A stretch of 62,800 nt of DNA, the filler included, from Octopus bimaculoides (taxonomy: Eukaryota), in the NCBI RefSeq assembly GCF_001194135.2. It is 10 parts of 8 records of this genome, joined end to end, with 100 filler letters (N's around TTAATTAATTAA, not from the genome) between each part and the next. Parts side by side here need not be neighbours in the genome. Positions count along the whole stretch, not along the records: positions 13,589 to 19,619 come from NC_069004.1; positions 19,720 to 29,119 come from NC_068985.1; 8 more parts are not named here. One strand, given 5' to 3'. How positions within the stretch are numbered: position 1 is the first letter of the stretch; each line of letters opens with the position of its first letter. Position numbers and translations under genes: made by a program. The notes beneath the pieces are model-generated. The model saw only the letters and a program-made list of their open reading frames with translations, was not told the DNA's origin and did no database searches. This document shows, piece after piece, positions 13,589 to 26,544 of the stretch.

Positions 13589-16500
13589 ACGTACGTACGT
13601 ACGTTCATTAGGTCATTCGTTCGTTCGTTCGTTCGTTTCATTCTTTCGTTCGTGCGTCCGTATGTTCGTTCTGACATACGTACGTTCGTACGTACGTTCT
13701 TTCGTTCGTTCGTTCGTTCATTCATATATATGTACGTAGGAACATACGTACGTTCCTTCGTTGGTTCTTTCGTTCGTAATTACGTTCGTTCGTTTCTTCG
13801 TGCGTTCGTAATTACGTTCCTTCTTTCGTTTATTCGAACGAACGAACGAACGCAAGTACGTACGAACGCAAGTACGTACGAACGAATGAACGAAAGAACG
13901 TATGTACGTACGAAAGAACGTACGAACAAACAAGCGAACGAACGAACAAACTAACGAACGTACGCACGTAGGTACGAACGTTTATTCGTTCGTACGTACG
14001 AACTTACTTACGTAAGCACGTTTTTCTTTCCTTCGATCATTTGTTCATACGTACGAGCGTTCGTACGTACATAGTTCGTTCGTTCGTTCGTTCGTTTCAT
14101 TCTTTCGTTCGTGCGTCCGTACGTTTGTTCTGACATACGTTCTTTCGTTCTTTCGTTTGTTCGTTCGTTAGTTCGTTCATATCGTTCGATCGTTCATTTG
14201 TTCTTTCGTTCCTTCGCACGTACGTACGTACGTTTGTTCGTTCGTTCGCTTGTTCGTTCGTTCGTTCGTTCAATCGTTCGTTAGTTCGTTCTTTCGTTCG
14301 TACGTACGTTCGTCAGTTTCTTTCGTTCGTACGTACGTTCGTCAGTTTCTTTGATCTGTCGTTTGTTCGATCGTTTGTTCGTTCTTACTTACGTACTTAC
14401 GTACGTAAATCCGTACGTACGTGCGGACGTTCGTTCGATGCCTCATTCGTTAGTTCTTTCGTTCTTTCGTACGTACGTACGTACGTACGTTCATTAGGTC
14501 ATTCGTTCGTTCGTTTGTTCGTTTCATTCTTTCGTTCGTGCGTCCGTACGTTCGTTCTGGCATACGTACGTTCGTACGTACGTTCTTTCTTTCGTTCGTT
14601 CGTTCATTCATATATATGTACGTAGGAACATACGTACGTTCGTTCGTTCGTTCTTTCGTTCGTAATTACGTTCGTTCGTTTCTTCAATCGTTCGTCATTA
14701 CGTTCCTTCTTTCGTTTATTCGAACGAACGAACGAACGTAAGTACGTACGAACGAATGAACGAAAGAACGTACGTTCGATAGAACGAACGAACGAACAAG
14801 CGAACGAATAACAAACTAACGAACGTACGCACGTACGTACGAACGTTTATTCGTTCGTACGTACGAACTTACATACGTACGCACGTTCTTTCTTTCCTTC
14901 GATCATTTGTTCATACGTACGATCGTTCGTACGTACGTTCGTTCGTTCGTTCGTTCGTTTCATTCTTTCGTTCGGGCGTCCGTACGTTTGTTCTGACACA
15001 CGTTCGTTCGTACGTACGTTCTTTCGTTCGTTCGATCGTTCGTTCGTTCATACATATATATGTACGTAGGAACATACGTACGTTCGTTCGTTCGTTATTT
15101 CGTTTGTTCGTTCGTTAGTTCGTTCATATCGTTCGTTCGTTCATTTGTTCGTTCGTTCCTTCGGACGTACGTACGTACGTTTGTTCGGTCGTTCGTTTCT
15201 TCGTTCGTTCGTTCGTTCTTTCGTACGTACGTACATTCTTTCGCTCAATCGTTCGTTCATTCTTTCGTATGTTCGTTCGTTCGTACGTACGAGCGTACGA
15301 ACGTGCGTACGTTCGTTAGTTTGTTCGTTCTTTCGCTCGTTCGTTCGCACGTTATTTCGTACGTACGTACGTACGTTCTGTCAATCATTCGTTCGTACGT
15401 ACGTACGTTCGTTCGTTCGTTAGTACGTACGTGCGTACGTTCATTAGTTTGTCTCTTCGTTCGTTCGTTCGTTCGTTCGTACATACGTACATTCTTTCAT
15501 TCAATCGTTCGTTCATTCTTTCGTATGTTCGTTCCTACGTACGTACGAGCGTACGTACGTACGAGCGTACGTTCGTTAGACTGTTCGTTCGTTCGTACGT
15601 ACGTTCTTTCGTACGTACGTACGTTCTTTCGTACGTACGTACGTTCTTTCGTTCGTACGTACGTTGGTTCGTTCGTTCGTACATACGTGTGTACGTTCGT
15701 TAGTTTGTTCGTTCGTTCATACGTACGTACGTACATATGTACCGACTTACGTACGTTCGTTTGTTCGACCGTTCGTTCGTTTGTTCGTTCGTACATACGT
15801 ACGTTCAATTCTTTGTTCGTTCGTGTTTTTTCGTACCTATGTACGTTCGTTCGTTCAATCGTTTGATAGTTCGTTCAATCGTTCGTATGTACGTTCGTCA
15901 GTTTCTTTGATCGTTCGTTTGTTCGACCGTTCGTTCGTTCTTACATACGTACTTACGTACGTAAATCCGTACATACGTGCGGACGTTCGTTCGTTGCCTC
16001 ATTCGTTAGTTCTTTCGTTCTTTCGTACGTACGTACGTACGTACGTTCATTAGGTCATTCGTTCGTTCGTTCCTTCGTTTCATTCTTTCGTTCGTGCGTC
16101 CGTATGTTCGTTCTGACATACGTACGTTCGTACGTACGTTCTTACGTTCGTTCGTTCGTTCGTTCATTCATATATATGTACGTAGGAACATACGTACGTA
16201 CGTTCGTTCGTCCTTTCGTTTGTTCGTTCGTTAGTTCGTTCATATCTTTCGTTCGTTCATTTGTTCTTTCGTTCCTTCNNNNNNNNNNNNNNNNNNNNNN
16301 NNNNNNNNNNNNNNNNNNNNNNNNNNNNNNNNNNNNNNNNNNNNNNNNNNNNNNNNNNNNNNNNNNNNNNNNNNNNNNNNNNNNNNNNNNNNNNNNNNNN
16401 NNNNNNNNNNNNNNNNNNNNNNNNNNNNNNNNNNNNNNNNNNNNNNNNNNNNNNNNNNNNNNNNNNNNNNNNNNNNNNNNNNNNNNNNNNNNNNNNNNNN

Positions 16501-19500
16501 NNNNNNNNNNNNNNNNNNNNNNNNNNNNNNNNNNNNNNNNNNNNNNNNNNNNNNNNNNNNNNNNNNNNNNNNNNNNNNNNNNNNNNNNNNNNNNNNNNNN
16601 NNNNNNNNNNNNNNNNNNNNNNNNNNNNNNNNNNNNNNNNNNNNNNNNNNNNNNNNNNNNNNNNNNNNNNNNNNNNCGTTTGTTCGTTCATTCATATATA
16701 TGTACGTAGGAACATACGTACGTACGTTCGTTCGTCCTTTCGTTTGTTCGTTCGTTAGTTCGTTCATATCTTTCGTTCGTTCATTTGTTCTTTCGTTCCT
16801 TCGCACGTACGTACGTACGTTTGTTCGTTCGTTCGCTTGTTCGTCCGTTCGTTCGTTCTTTCGTACGTACGTACATTCTTTCGTTCAATCTTTCGTTCAT
16901 TCTTTCCTACGTTCGTTCGTTCGTACGTACGAGCGTACGTACATGCGTACGTTCGTTAGTTTGTTCGTTCTTTCGCTCGCTCGTTCGTACGTTATTTCGT
17001 ACGTACATACTTTCTGTCGATCATTCGTTCGTAGGTACGTACGTTCGTTAGTTCGTTCGTTCGTTCGTATGTACGTGCGTACGTTCATTAGTTAGTTTGT
17101 TCGTTCGTTCGTTCGTACATACGTACATTCTTTCATTCAATCATTCGTTCATTCTTTCGTATGTTCGTTCGTACGTACTTACGTGCGTACGTTCGTTAGT
17201 TTGTTCGATCGTTTGTTCGTACGTTCTTTCGTACGTACGTACGTTCTTTCGTTCATTCGTNNNNNNNNNNNNNNNNNNNNNNNNNNNNNNNNNNNNNNNN
17301 NNNNNNNNNNNNNNNNNNNNNNNNNNNNNNNNNNNNNNNNNNNNNNNNNNNNNNNNNNNNCGTTTGTTCGTTCGTTAGTTCGTTCATATCGTTCGTTCGT
17401 TCATTTGTTCCTTCGTTCCTTCGCACGTACGTACGTACGTTTATTCGGTCGTTCGTTTGTTCGTTCGTTCCTTCGTTCTTTCGTACGTACGTACATTCTT
17501 TCGTTCAATCGTTCGTTCATTCTTTCGTACGTTCGTTCGTTCGTACGTACGAGCGTACGTACGTGCGTACGTTCGTTAGTTTGTTCGTTCTTTCGCTCGT
17601 TCGTTCGTACGTTATTTCGTACGTACGTACGTAGGTTCTGTCGATCATTCGTTCGTACGTACGTACGTTCGTTCGTTCGTTCGTTCGTACGTACGTGCGT
17701 ACGTTCATTAGTTTGTTTGTTCGTTCGTTCGATCGTTCGTTCGATCGTTCGTTCGTACATACGTACATTCTTTCATTCAATCGTTCGTTCATTCTTTCCT
17801 ATGTTCGTTCGTACGTACGTACGTGCGTACGTTCGTTAGATTGTTCGTTCGTTCGTTCGTACGTTCTTTCGTTCTTAGGTACGTTCTTTCGTTCATTCGT
17901 TCGTACGTACGTTGGTTCGTTCGTTCGTACGTACGTGCGTACGTTCGTTAGTTTGTTCGTTCGTTCATTCGTACGTACGTACATATGTACCTACTTACGT
18001 ACGTTCGTTTGTTCGTCCGTTCGTTCGTTTGTTCGTTCGTACATACGTACGTTCAGTTCTTTGTTCGTTCGTGTTTTTTTCGTACCTATGTACGTTCGTT
18101 CGTTCAATCGTTCGTTNNNNNNNNNNNNNNNNNNNNNNNNNNNNNNNNNNNNNNNNNNNNNNNNNNNNNNNNNNNNNNNNNNNNNNNNNNNNNNNNNNNN
18201 NNNNNNNNNNNNNNNNNNNNNNNNNNNNNNNNNNNNNNNNNNNNNNNNNNNNNNNNNNNNNNNNNNNNNNNNNNNNNNNNNNNNNNNNNNNNNNNNNNNN
18301 NNNNNNNNNNNNNNNNNNNNNNNNNNNNNNNNNNNNNNNNNNNNNNNNNNNNNNNNNNNNNNNNNNNNNNNNNNNNNNNNNNNNNNNNNNNNNNNNNNNN
18401 NNNNNNNNNNNNNNNNNNNNNNNNNNNNNNNNNNNNNNNNNNNNNNNNNNNNNNNNNNNNNNNNNNNNNNNNNNNNNNNNNNNNNNNNNNNNNNNNNNNN
18501 NNNNNNNNNNNNNNNNNNNNNNNNNNNNNNNNNNNNNNNNNNNNNNNNNNNNNNNNNNNNNNNNNNNNNNNNNNNNNNNNNNNNNNNNNNNNNNNNNNNN
18601 NNNNNNNNNNNNNNNNNNNNNNNNNNNNNNNNNNNNNNNNNNNNNNNNNNNNNNNNNNNNNNNNNNNNNNNNNNNNNNNNNNNNNNNNNNNNNNNNNNNN
18701 NNNNNNNNNNNNNNNNNNNNNNNNNNNNNNNNNNNNNNNNNNNNNNNNNNNNNNNNNNNNNNNNNNNNNNNNNNNNNNNNNNNNNNNNNNNNNNNNNNNN
18801 NNNNNNNNNNNNNNNNNNNNNNNNNNNNNNNNNNNNNNNNNNNNNNNNNNNNTCTTTCGCTCGTTCGTTCGTACGTTATTTCGTACGTACGTACGTGCGT
18901 ACGTTCATTAGTTAGTTTGTTCGTTCGTTCGTTCGTACATACGTACATTCTTTCATTCAATCGTTCGTTCATTCTTTCGTATGTTCGTTCGTACGTACGT
19001 ACGTGCGTACGTTCGTTAGTTTGTTCGTTCGTTCATTCGTACGTACGTACATATGTACCTACTTACGTACGTTCGTTTGTTCGTCCGTTCGTTCGTTTGT
19101 TCGTTCGTACATACGTACGTTCAATTCTTTGTTCGTTCGTGTTTTTTTCGTACCTATGTACGTTCGTTCGTTCAATCGTTCGTTAGTTCGTACGTACGTT
19201 CGTCAGTTTCTTTGATCTTTCGTTTGTTCGATCGTTCGTTCGTTCTTACATACGTACTTACGTACGTAAATCCGTACCTACGTGCGGACGTTCGTTCGTT
19301 GCCTCATTCGTTAGTTCTTTCGTTCTTTCGTACGTACGTACGTACGTACGTACGTATGTTCATTAGGTCATTCGTTCGTTCGTTCGTTCGTTTTATTCTT
19401 TCGTTCGTGCGTCCGGACGTTCGTTCTGACATACGTACGTTCGTACGTACGCTCTTTCTTTCGTTAGTTCGTTCGTTCGTTCATTCATATATATGTACGT

Positions 19501-19619
19501 AGGAACATACGTACGTTCGTTCGTTCGTTCTTTCGTTTGTTCGTTCGTTAGTTCTTTCATATCGTTCGTTCGTTCATTTGTTCGTTCGTTCTTTCGGACG
19601 TACGTACGTGCGTTTGTTT
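13589..19619. repeat. CpG-rich complex satellite built from TTCG/TACG tetramers, with higher-order repeats
   Basis: Landmark gtaggaacatac at ~13736, 14622, 15066, 16182, 16706, 19499; landmark aaatccgtac at ~14407, 15963, 19268. Confidence 0.97.
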
Positions 19620-19719
19620 NNNNNNNNNNNNNNNNNNNNNNNNNNNNNNNNNNNNNNNNNNNNTTAATTAATTAANNNNNNNNNNNNNNNNNNNNNNNNN
19701 NNNNNNNNNNNNNNNNNNN

Positions 19720-20250
19720 TAGGCACAAGGCCCAAAATTTTAGGGGAGGGGACCAGTCGATTAGATCGATCCAGTATGCAACTGGTACTTAATTTTTTTT
19801 TTTTATTGCCCACAAGGGGCTAAACATAGACGGGACAAACAAAGACAGACAAAGGGATTAAGTCGATTACATCGACCCCAGTGCGTAACTGGTACTTAAT
19901 TTATCGACCCCGAAAGGATGAAAGGCAAAGTCGACCTCGGCGGAGTTTGAACTCAGAACGTACAGACAGACGAAATACTGCTAAGCATTTCGCCTGTCGT
20001 GCTAACGTTTCTGCCAGCTCGATGCCTTCTTAAAAATCTTTTCTACTCCATGCACAAAGCCCGAAATTTTGGGGTAGGGGACAAATCGGTCAGGTCGACC
20101 ACAGTACAAACAGTACTTAATTTATCGACCCTCCAAAAGGATAAAAAGCAAAGTCGACCTCGGTGGAATTCGAACTCAGAAACGTAAAGACAGACGAAAT
20201 ATCACTAAGTGTTTCATCCAGCGTTCTAACGTTTCTGCCAACTCGCCGTC
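19720..20250 (-). mobile_element. Three head-to-tail SINE family A copies with two alternative 3' tails
   Basis: Full copy 19801-20027 (gagctggcagaaacgttagcacg..gagttcaaactcc..ccttgtgggcaataaa); copies with the ..ccttgtgcct tail at 19720-19790 and 20040-20250. Confidence 0.92.
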
Positions 20251-21298
20251 TTTTGTTTTTAAATATTGATTGTTGTTGTTGTTATTATGCCCCAAGTTGG
20301 CCTTAATGCCGCTTATCTATGACTTCCTGAATTTAAATTCATCTTCATACCGCGTCATGTGCTCGGTTTACATTAGAAAACATACTTTGTAAGGCGGCCG
20401 AGTTTGCTTTGAAGGAGGTAGGGATTCTCTATCTTGAAGGAAGCGGCTACATAGATGCTTCCAAGCTGGTTTGTCTAACTATTTCGATCCTAATTACCGT
20501 ATTTCTATGTAATGGACGTATTAATTAACAGTAAAGTGTGTGTTTGGCTTCTGATATTGTGTTTGCATTACTCTTGATGTATGAACAAACTCTTGTTTTA
20601 GACGACGATGTAAAAAGCAGAAGAGAATACAAAAGAAAAAATATATATACAAAAATGACAAAATTTATAAATAATTTCATACATATTCTGAATAGAATTT
20701 GACGCGGTTCTGGAAAAGTTTTGTAATTCATAAACTATCTGCAATAATTGCACAAGTCGAAATGTGAGTTCCGAAGGGTCTTCTAACCTGCTATTCATAT
20801 CAGTCGAATGGCTGAACCAGTTTCAAAACATAATGAGACATTAAATGAGGTTGACACAGCAAACTCTACTACTTTCACAATTGCTGTAGCTGGCCGGCTG
20901 ACATGCTGTTACAGTGTCGATCATATTGATTCTAATTGGTGTTTCAATTTGGCATTTAATTTATTGATCTTCATTTCCCTTATCTCATGTGATTATGGAT
21001 GTCTGTTAATATGGCGCAATAAGTTCGTCATTTAGTCCGCTTGATCAAGTAGAGAAATATAAAATTTTGTCGCTTGAAACATTTGTTAAAAGGGTGAGAT
21101 TGCGGAAATAAAATATTTTAAACCCTGGCGGAGTGAACTCCATTTCCGTGAAGTTTTCACCTGAGGATTAATGGAGCAGATCAGGATTATTTAGGATTAT
21201 CAATAATCATTCGTTATGTCACTTCGTGAGTTATACTTCAATGAAGATGGGATGAAATATGCTCTGCTGAGCTTATGTGAGTCATAGTATCACATGCC

Positions 21299-21303
<5 letters not shown>

Positions 21304-21362
<59 letters not shown>
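21304..21362. repeat. (CA)n microsatellite
   Basis: Direct reading. Confidence 0.97.
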
Positions 21363-21365
<3 letters not shown>

Positions 21366-22387
21366 TGTCACATAATACCCACATATAGATGAGTGTGTAT
21401 ATGTATATCCGATTGCTTTTTTTCAATCATCGGTTTTTCACTTTGGGTTCTAGAGACGATATATTTGGGCCGTAGTTAGCGAAACTTATTCAATCCAAAT
21501 GGTGTAACTGTTTCAAAAACACGATTCAATGCTCGGCATTTCGTAAAATGTTAAAATGTTACGTGAGAAGGAAGTACTGGCAAATATGATACATAACGGT
21601 TTTATTGTTTGATAGCAGACAAATATATTATGGCAGCGAAATTCTTGGTGAGTTAGATGTGTGTGTGTGTGTGTGTATACACACACACACACACACACAT
21701 ATATATATTTATATATGTGTATACATATACACATATATTTATATATTTATATATATATGTGTGTGTGGATGCATACATACACATATATATATATATATAT
21801 TTATATATATANNNNNNNNNNNNNNNNNNNNNNNNNNNNNNNNNNNNNNNNNNNNNNNNNNNNNNNNNNNNNNNNNNNNNNNNNNNNNNNNNNNNNNNNN
21901 NNNNNNNNNNNNNNNNNNNNNNNNNNNNNNNNNNNNNNNNNNNNNNNNNNNNNNNNNNNNNNNNNNNNNNNNNNNNNNNNNNNNNNNNNNNNNNNNNNNN
22001 NNNNNNNNNNNNNNNNNNNNNNNNNNNNNNNNNNNNNNNNNNNNNNNNNNNNNNNNNNNNNNNNNNNNNNNNNNNNNNNNNNNNNNNNNNNNNNNNNNNN
22101 NNNNNNNNNNNNNNNNNNNNNNNNNNNNNNNNNNNNNNNNNNNNNNNNNNNNNNNNNNNNNNNNNNNNNNNNNNNNNNNNNNNNNNNNNNNNNNNNNNNN
22201 NNNNNNNNNNNNNNNNNNNNNNNNNNNNNNNNNNNNNNNNNNNNNNNNNNNNNNNNNNNNNNNNNNNNNNNNNNNNNNNNNNNNNNNNNNNNNNNNNNNN
22301 NNNNNNNNNNNNNNNNNNNNNNNNNNNNNNNNNNNNNNNNNNNNNNNNNNNNNNNNNNNNNNNNNNNNNNNNNNNNNNNNNNNNNNN

Positions 22388-22419
<32 letters not shown>

Positions 22420-22601
22420 TGTGTGTACGTGTGTGTGTGTGTGTTAATGAATTATAGATTATGAAACGGATCCCGATATAACTGGACCACTCTCAGACAA
22501 GTTATTACAATCAATTCTGCTTACTTTACCGTCTGCATATTCCTTAGGCAAATGGAAGGCCAACGTCTTTCTTTTGGAGCAACAGGCAATTTGATGATGA
22601 C

Positions 22602-22665
22602 GCTTATAATGATGATGATGATGATGATGATGATGATAAAGACGATCACAAGAGTAAGACTTCTG

Positions 22666-22700
<35 letters not shown>

Positions 22701-22708
22701 ACTACTAA
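22602..22708. repeat. (GAT)n and (CTG/CTA)n microsatellites
   Basis: Direct reading. Confidence 0.95.
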
Positions 22709-22864
22709 GTCTTTTATCCTCAGGTCAACCTGACCGAGCAATCTGCGATAAAGACTCACACATGCTGTGTCAACGACAAGGCTGTAGAATGTGGCCATTC
22801 AATTTGAAGACGGTCGATGTAATTCAGGTGTTGTTTCTGCCAGTAATAGCGAAGAAGCTGGTAA

Positions 22865-23105
22865 TATGGGCGCAGGCTTGGGTGTAGGGTAAACGGCTTT
22901 CTTCGCAACAACGTGGTCCTGGGTTCAGGGCCACTGTCTGGTACCTTGGGTAAGTATCTTTTACGATAGCCTGGGGTCGACTAATGACTTTTGATTGAAT
23001 TTGGTAGAGGGAAACTGAAAGAAGCCCGTCATATACATATATATATATATTTCTTTTATTTCGCTTTCTTGTTTCAGTTATTTGATTGCATCCATGCTGG
23101 ATGCA
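22865..23105 (+). mobile_element. SINE family B 5' half (+) ending in (TA)n, followed by an inverted family B 3' tail remnant
   Basis: gggcgcagg..gggttcag..ccttgggtaagt..gaaactgaaagaagcccgtc; then tttcagttatttgattgcatccatgctgg. Confidence 0.75.
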
Positions 23106-24022
23106 CTTGGGTACACTTGGGTACACTACCAGCAGTATATTGGATAGGTACTATCTCTTAGTTGGTTGGATTTACAACCTCTAGCTCCCATTGGATTATA
23201 TATATATATATATNNNNNNNNNNNNNNNNNNNNNNNNNNNNNNNNNNNNNNNNNNNNNNNNNNNNNNNNNNNNNNNNNNNNNNNNNNNNNNNNNNNNNNN
23301 NNNNNNNNNNNNNNNNNNNNNNNNNNNNNNNNNNNNNNNNNNNNNNNNNNNNNNNNNNNNNNNNNNNNNNNNNNNNNNNNNNNNNNNNNNNNNNNNNNNN
23401 NNNNNNNNNNNNNNNNNNNNNNNNNNNNNNNNNNNNNNNNNNNNNNNNNNNNNNNNNNNNNNNNNNNNNNNNNNNNNNNNNNNNNNNNNNNNNNNNNNNN
23501 NNNNNNNNNNNNNNNNNNNNNNNNNNNNNNNNNNNNNNNNNNNNNNNNNNNNNNNNNNNNNNNNNNNNNNNNNNNNNNNNNNNNNNNNNNNNNNNNNNNN
23601 NNNNNNNNNNNNNNNNNNNNNNNNNNNNNNNNNNNNNNNNNNNNNNNNNNNNNNNNNNNNNNNNNNNNNNNNNNNNNNNNNNNNNNNNNNNNNNNNNNNN
23701 NNNNNNNNNNNNNNNNNNNNNNNNNNNNNNNNNNNNNNNNNNNNNNNNNNNNNNNNNNNNNNNNNNNNNNNNNNNNNNNNNNNNNNNNNNNNNNNNNNNN
23801 NNNNNNNNNNNNNNNNNNNNNNNNNNNNNNNNNNNNNNNNNNNNNNNNNNNNNNNNNNNNNNNNNNNNNNNNNNNNNNNNNNNNNNNNNNNNNNNNNNNN
23901 NNNNNNNNNNNNNNNNNNNNNNNNNNNNNNNNNNNNTGTTTGAAATAAACTAAAACCCGTTTTTATTGCCACTGTTTTGTTTATATTTCCCAAGCTTTCT
24001 TTGTCTGCAACAATTTTAGGGT

Positions 24023-24073
<51 letters not shown>

Positions 24074-24278
24074 CACACACACACACAATAAAATGTCTAA
24101 ATACTAACGTTTTGCATTATTTCTCTCTTTTTCTGCATTTCCTGCTCTTTCAGTCAGAAATCTGTCGTGCTTTTCTTATTACTATACGTTCAACAGCAGC
24201 ATACGTAACACCACAGATCAATATGTTCTCTTATATTGTCCTCAGTAAAGGCGAAATAATACTTTCATAAAATTTACT

Positions 24279-24389
24279 CAGTAAATAGAACATACATAAT
24301 AGAACATACAGTAAATAGAACATTCATCATAGAACATACAATAAATAGAACGTACATCATAGAATATACAGTAAATAGAACGTACATCG
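24279..24389. repeat. 30-bp minisatellite, ~3.7 copies
   Basis: Unit cagtaaatagaacatacatcatagaacata at 24279, 24309, 24339, 24369. Confidence 0.92.
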
Positions 24390-25144
24390 TCAAGAGGTTT
24401 TCTTCAACAGTTCGTTTAACAGAATAGCGAAGCTTACTCGGGCATTCGGAAAGCAGACATTCGTTACTTCTCTTTTTGTTCATTTCTGAATAACTTCCTC
24501 AAGTCAGGAGACATTCCGTTTTGAGACACTGCTACTACACTTTCCCTTTTCTTTGCTTTTATTCTACTGGATTCACACCATGTCTAAATCCTCCATTTGT
24601 CTTATACCACATGTAACGTAGATACAGCCTGTATGACTGTTACACAACATAAAAATTAGCGTCGTTGTAGTATTTTGTTTCTAGATGCTTCTTGCATTAA
24701 ATTGTCTATTAACTCTGTGTGTGAGTGTAATTATTTGTTTCATTATCATTTTAAAAAATTCTCTTTAATTTTTCTTTTTTTATAAAAATTTGTTTCTGTG
24801 TATTCAAAAATTACAATTTTGTTGTTGAAGAGAAAGCTATCCATTGATATTAGCATCTCATTCTGTCTCACCAGCATGAAGCATATTGAATTAAATGCAG
24901 ACACGAGAAAAAAAACAATTATAGGAAAAAAATAAAATAATATCTATAAGAATATCTTTCGCTTACCCCAGGCATCGGATTACATGTGTACACAATTCCA
25001 AGTCCTCTGGTTGTAAAACAAGTTGATAACAATTACAAACATTAACAAAAAGAAGAATTTAATAGATTGGTAATAATTGAACTGTCTTGTACGAAAACAT
25101 ATGCGCTCGTCTCAAACCATTGGAATAATACAACAACTACTACT

Positions 25145-25182
<38 letters not shown>

Positions 25183-25196
25183 TAATAATAATAATC

Positions 25197-25430
25197 CATT
25201 CTACTGGAAGCACAAGGATTCAAATTTGGGGGAATGGATTAATTCGATTACATCGACCCCAGTGCGTAACAGGTACTTGTTTAATCACCCGCGAAAGAAT
25301 GAAAGGCAAAGTTGACACCGGCGGAATTTGAACACAGAACGTAGCGTCGGGCGAAATAACGCTAAGCATTTCGTCCAGCGTGCTAACGGTTCTGCCAACT
25401 CGCCGCCTTATAATATCAATATCAATAATG

Positions 25431-25462
<32 letters not shown>

Positions 25463-25775
25463 TTCACTTATTTGCCACAAGGGCGAAGAGTTAGAAGAAC
25501 AATACAAAGACAGACATAAAGTGTTGGGGGTGTACATGCAAGGAAACGATAAAAAAATGTCCTTTCTACTATAGGTACAAGGCCTGAAATTTGTAGGGAG
25601 GGGACTAATCGATTACATCGACCCCAGTACTCAGCTGGTACTTATTTTATCGATCCCGAAAGGATGAAAAGTAAAGTCGACCTCGTCAGAATTTGAACTC
25701 AGAACGTAATGGCAGACGAAATGCCACTAAGCATTTCGCACGGCGTGCTAACGCTTCTGCCTGCTCGTCGCCTTA
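25197..25775 (-). mobile_element. SINE family A tandem cluster separated by (AAT)n tracts
   Basis: Copies at 25197-25410 and 25561-25775, tail remnant at ~25465-25540; (AAT)n at 25145-25195, 25420-25463, 25800-25862. Confidence 0.9.
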
Positions 25776-25797
25776 CAACAGCAACAACAACAACAAA

Positions 25798-25859
<62 letters not shown>

Positions 25860-26465
25860 TAATAAAATAGCAAAAATAGATTAAAACTTAAAAGAATTAC
25901 GTGTCAAATGCAAAGTAATAGGTATCGGTACTCAATCTATTCCAGTTATGCTTTGTAATTATAACATTCTTAACTGGAAGCAAAATGAATTATCAGGTCT
26001 TAATGGGACAATTAATATAATAATGACGGCACATGAACAGACACACAAAGATTGTATTTAACAGGAACACAGGAAATTAGCTGTCTTCTACAATTAGAAA
26101 ACTATCATAAATTACATGCAGAACACCAACAAAAACAAAGATAAACTTATATATATATGTACGTGTATGTGTGTGTGTGTGGGGGGGTGTGTGTGAGTAT
26201 AAATGCATATAGAGATATGTATATATGTGTATCTGCAAGAACGAATACAAACACGTTTTTGTCTTCAAGGATGCCAACAAATAGGACACGACGATTGAAT
26301 TAACTGAGAGGTATGAGGAAGATTAAAAGACAACAGCAGAAGCAATTAGAAAACTTTATCAAAAACTGTGTTAGAAATAGGTTCACGAATTGTCATGTTA
26401 TGGCGCTGGAAAGAAATGCTCGTGCATAGCCAATACCTGAAGTAACGGAAGTGAACAAGTAATAA

Positions 26466-26544
26466 TAAAAAAAAGAAAAGCAAAATGCAAAAAAAAATAG
26501 AAAAGCAAAATGCAAAGAAAAAAGAAAAGCAAAATGCAAAAAAA
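26466..26544. repeat. A-rich ~24-bp tandem repeat x3
   Basis: agaaaagcaaaatgcaaa occurs three times. Confidence 0.85.

Noticed and set aside
13652-19675. Many long ORFs of the VRSFVRSF / RTNERTNE type
   Set aside because: Translations of TTCG/TACG satellite, which lacks stop codons in several frames; no coding signal
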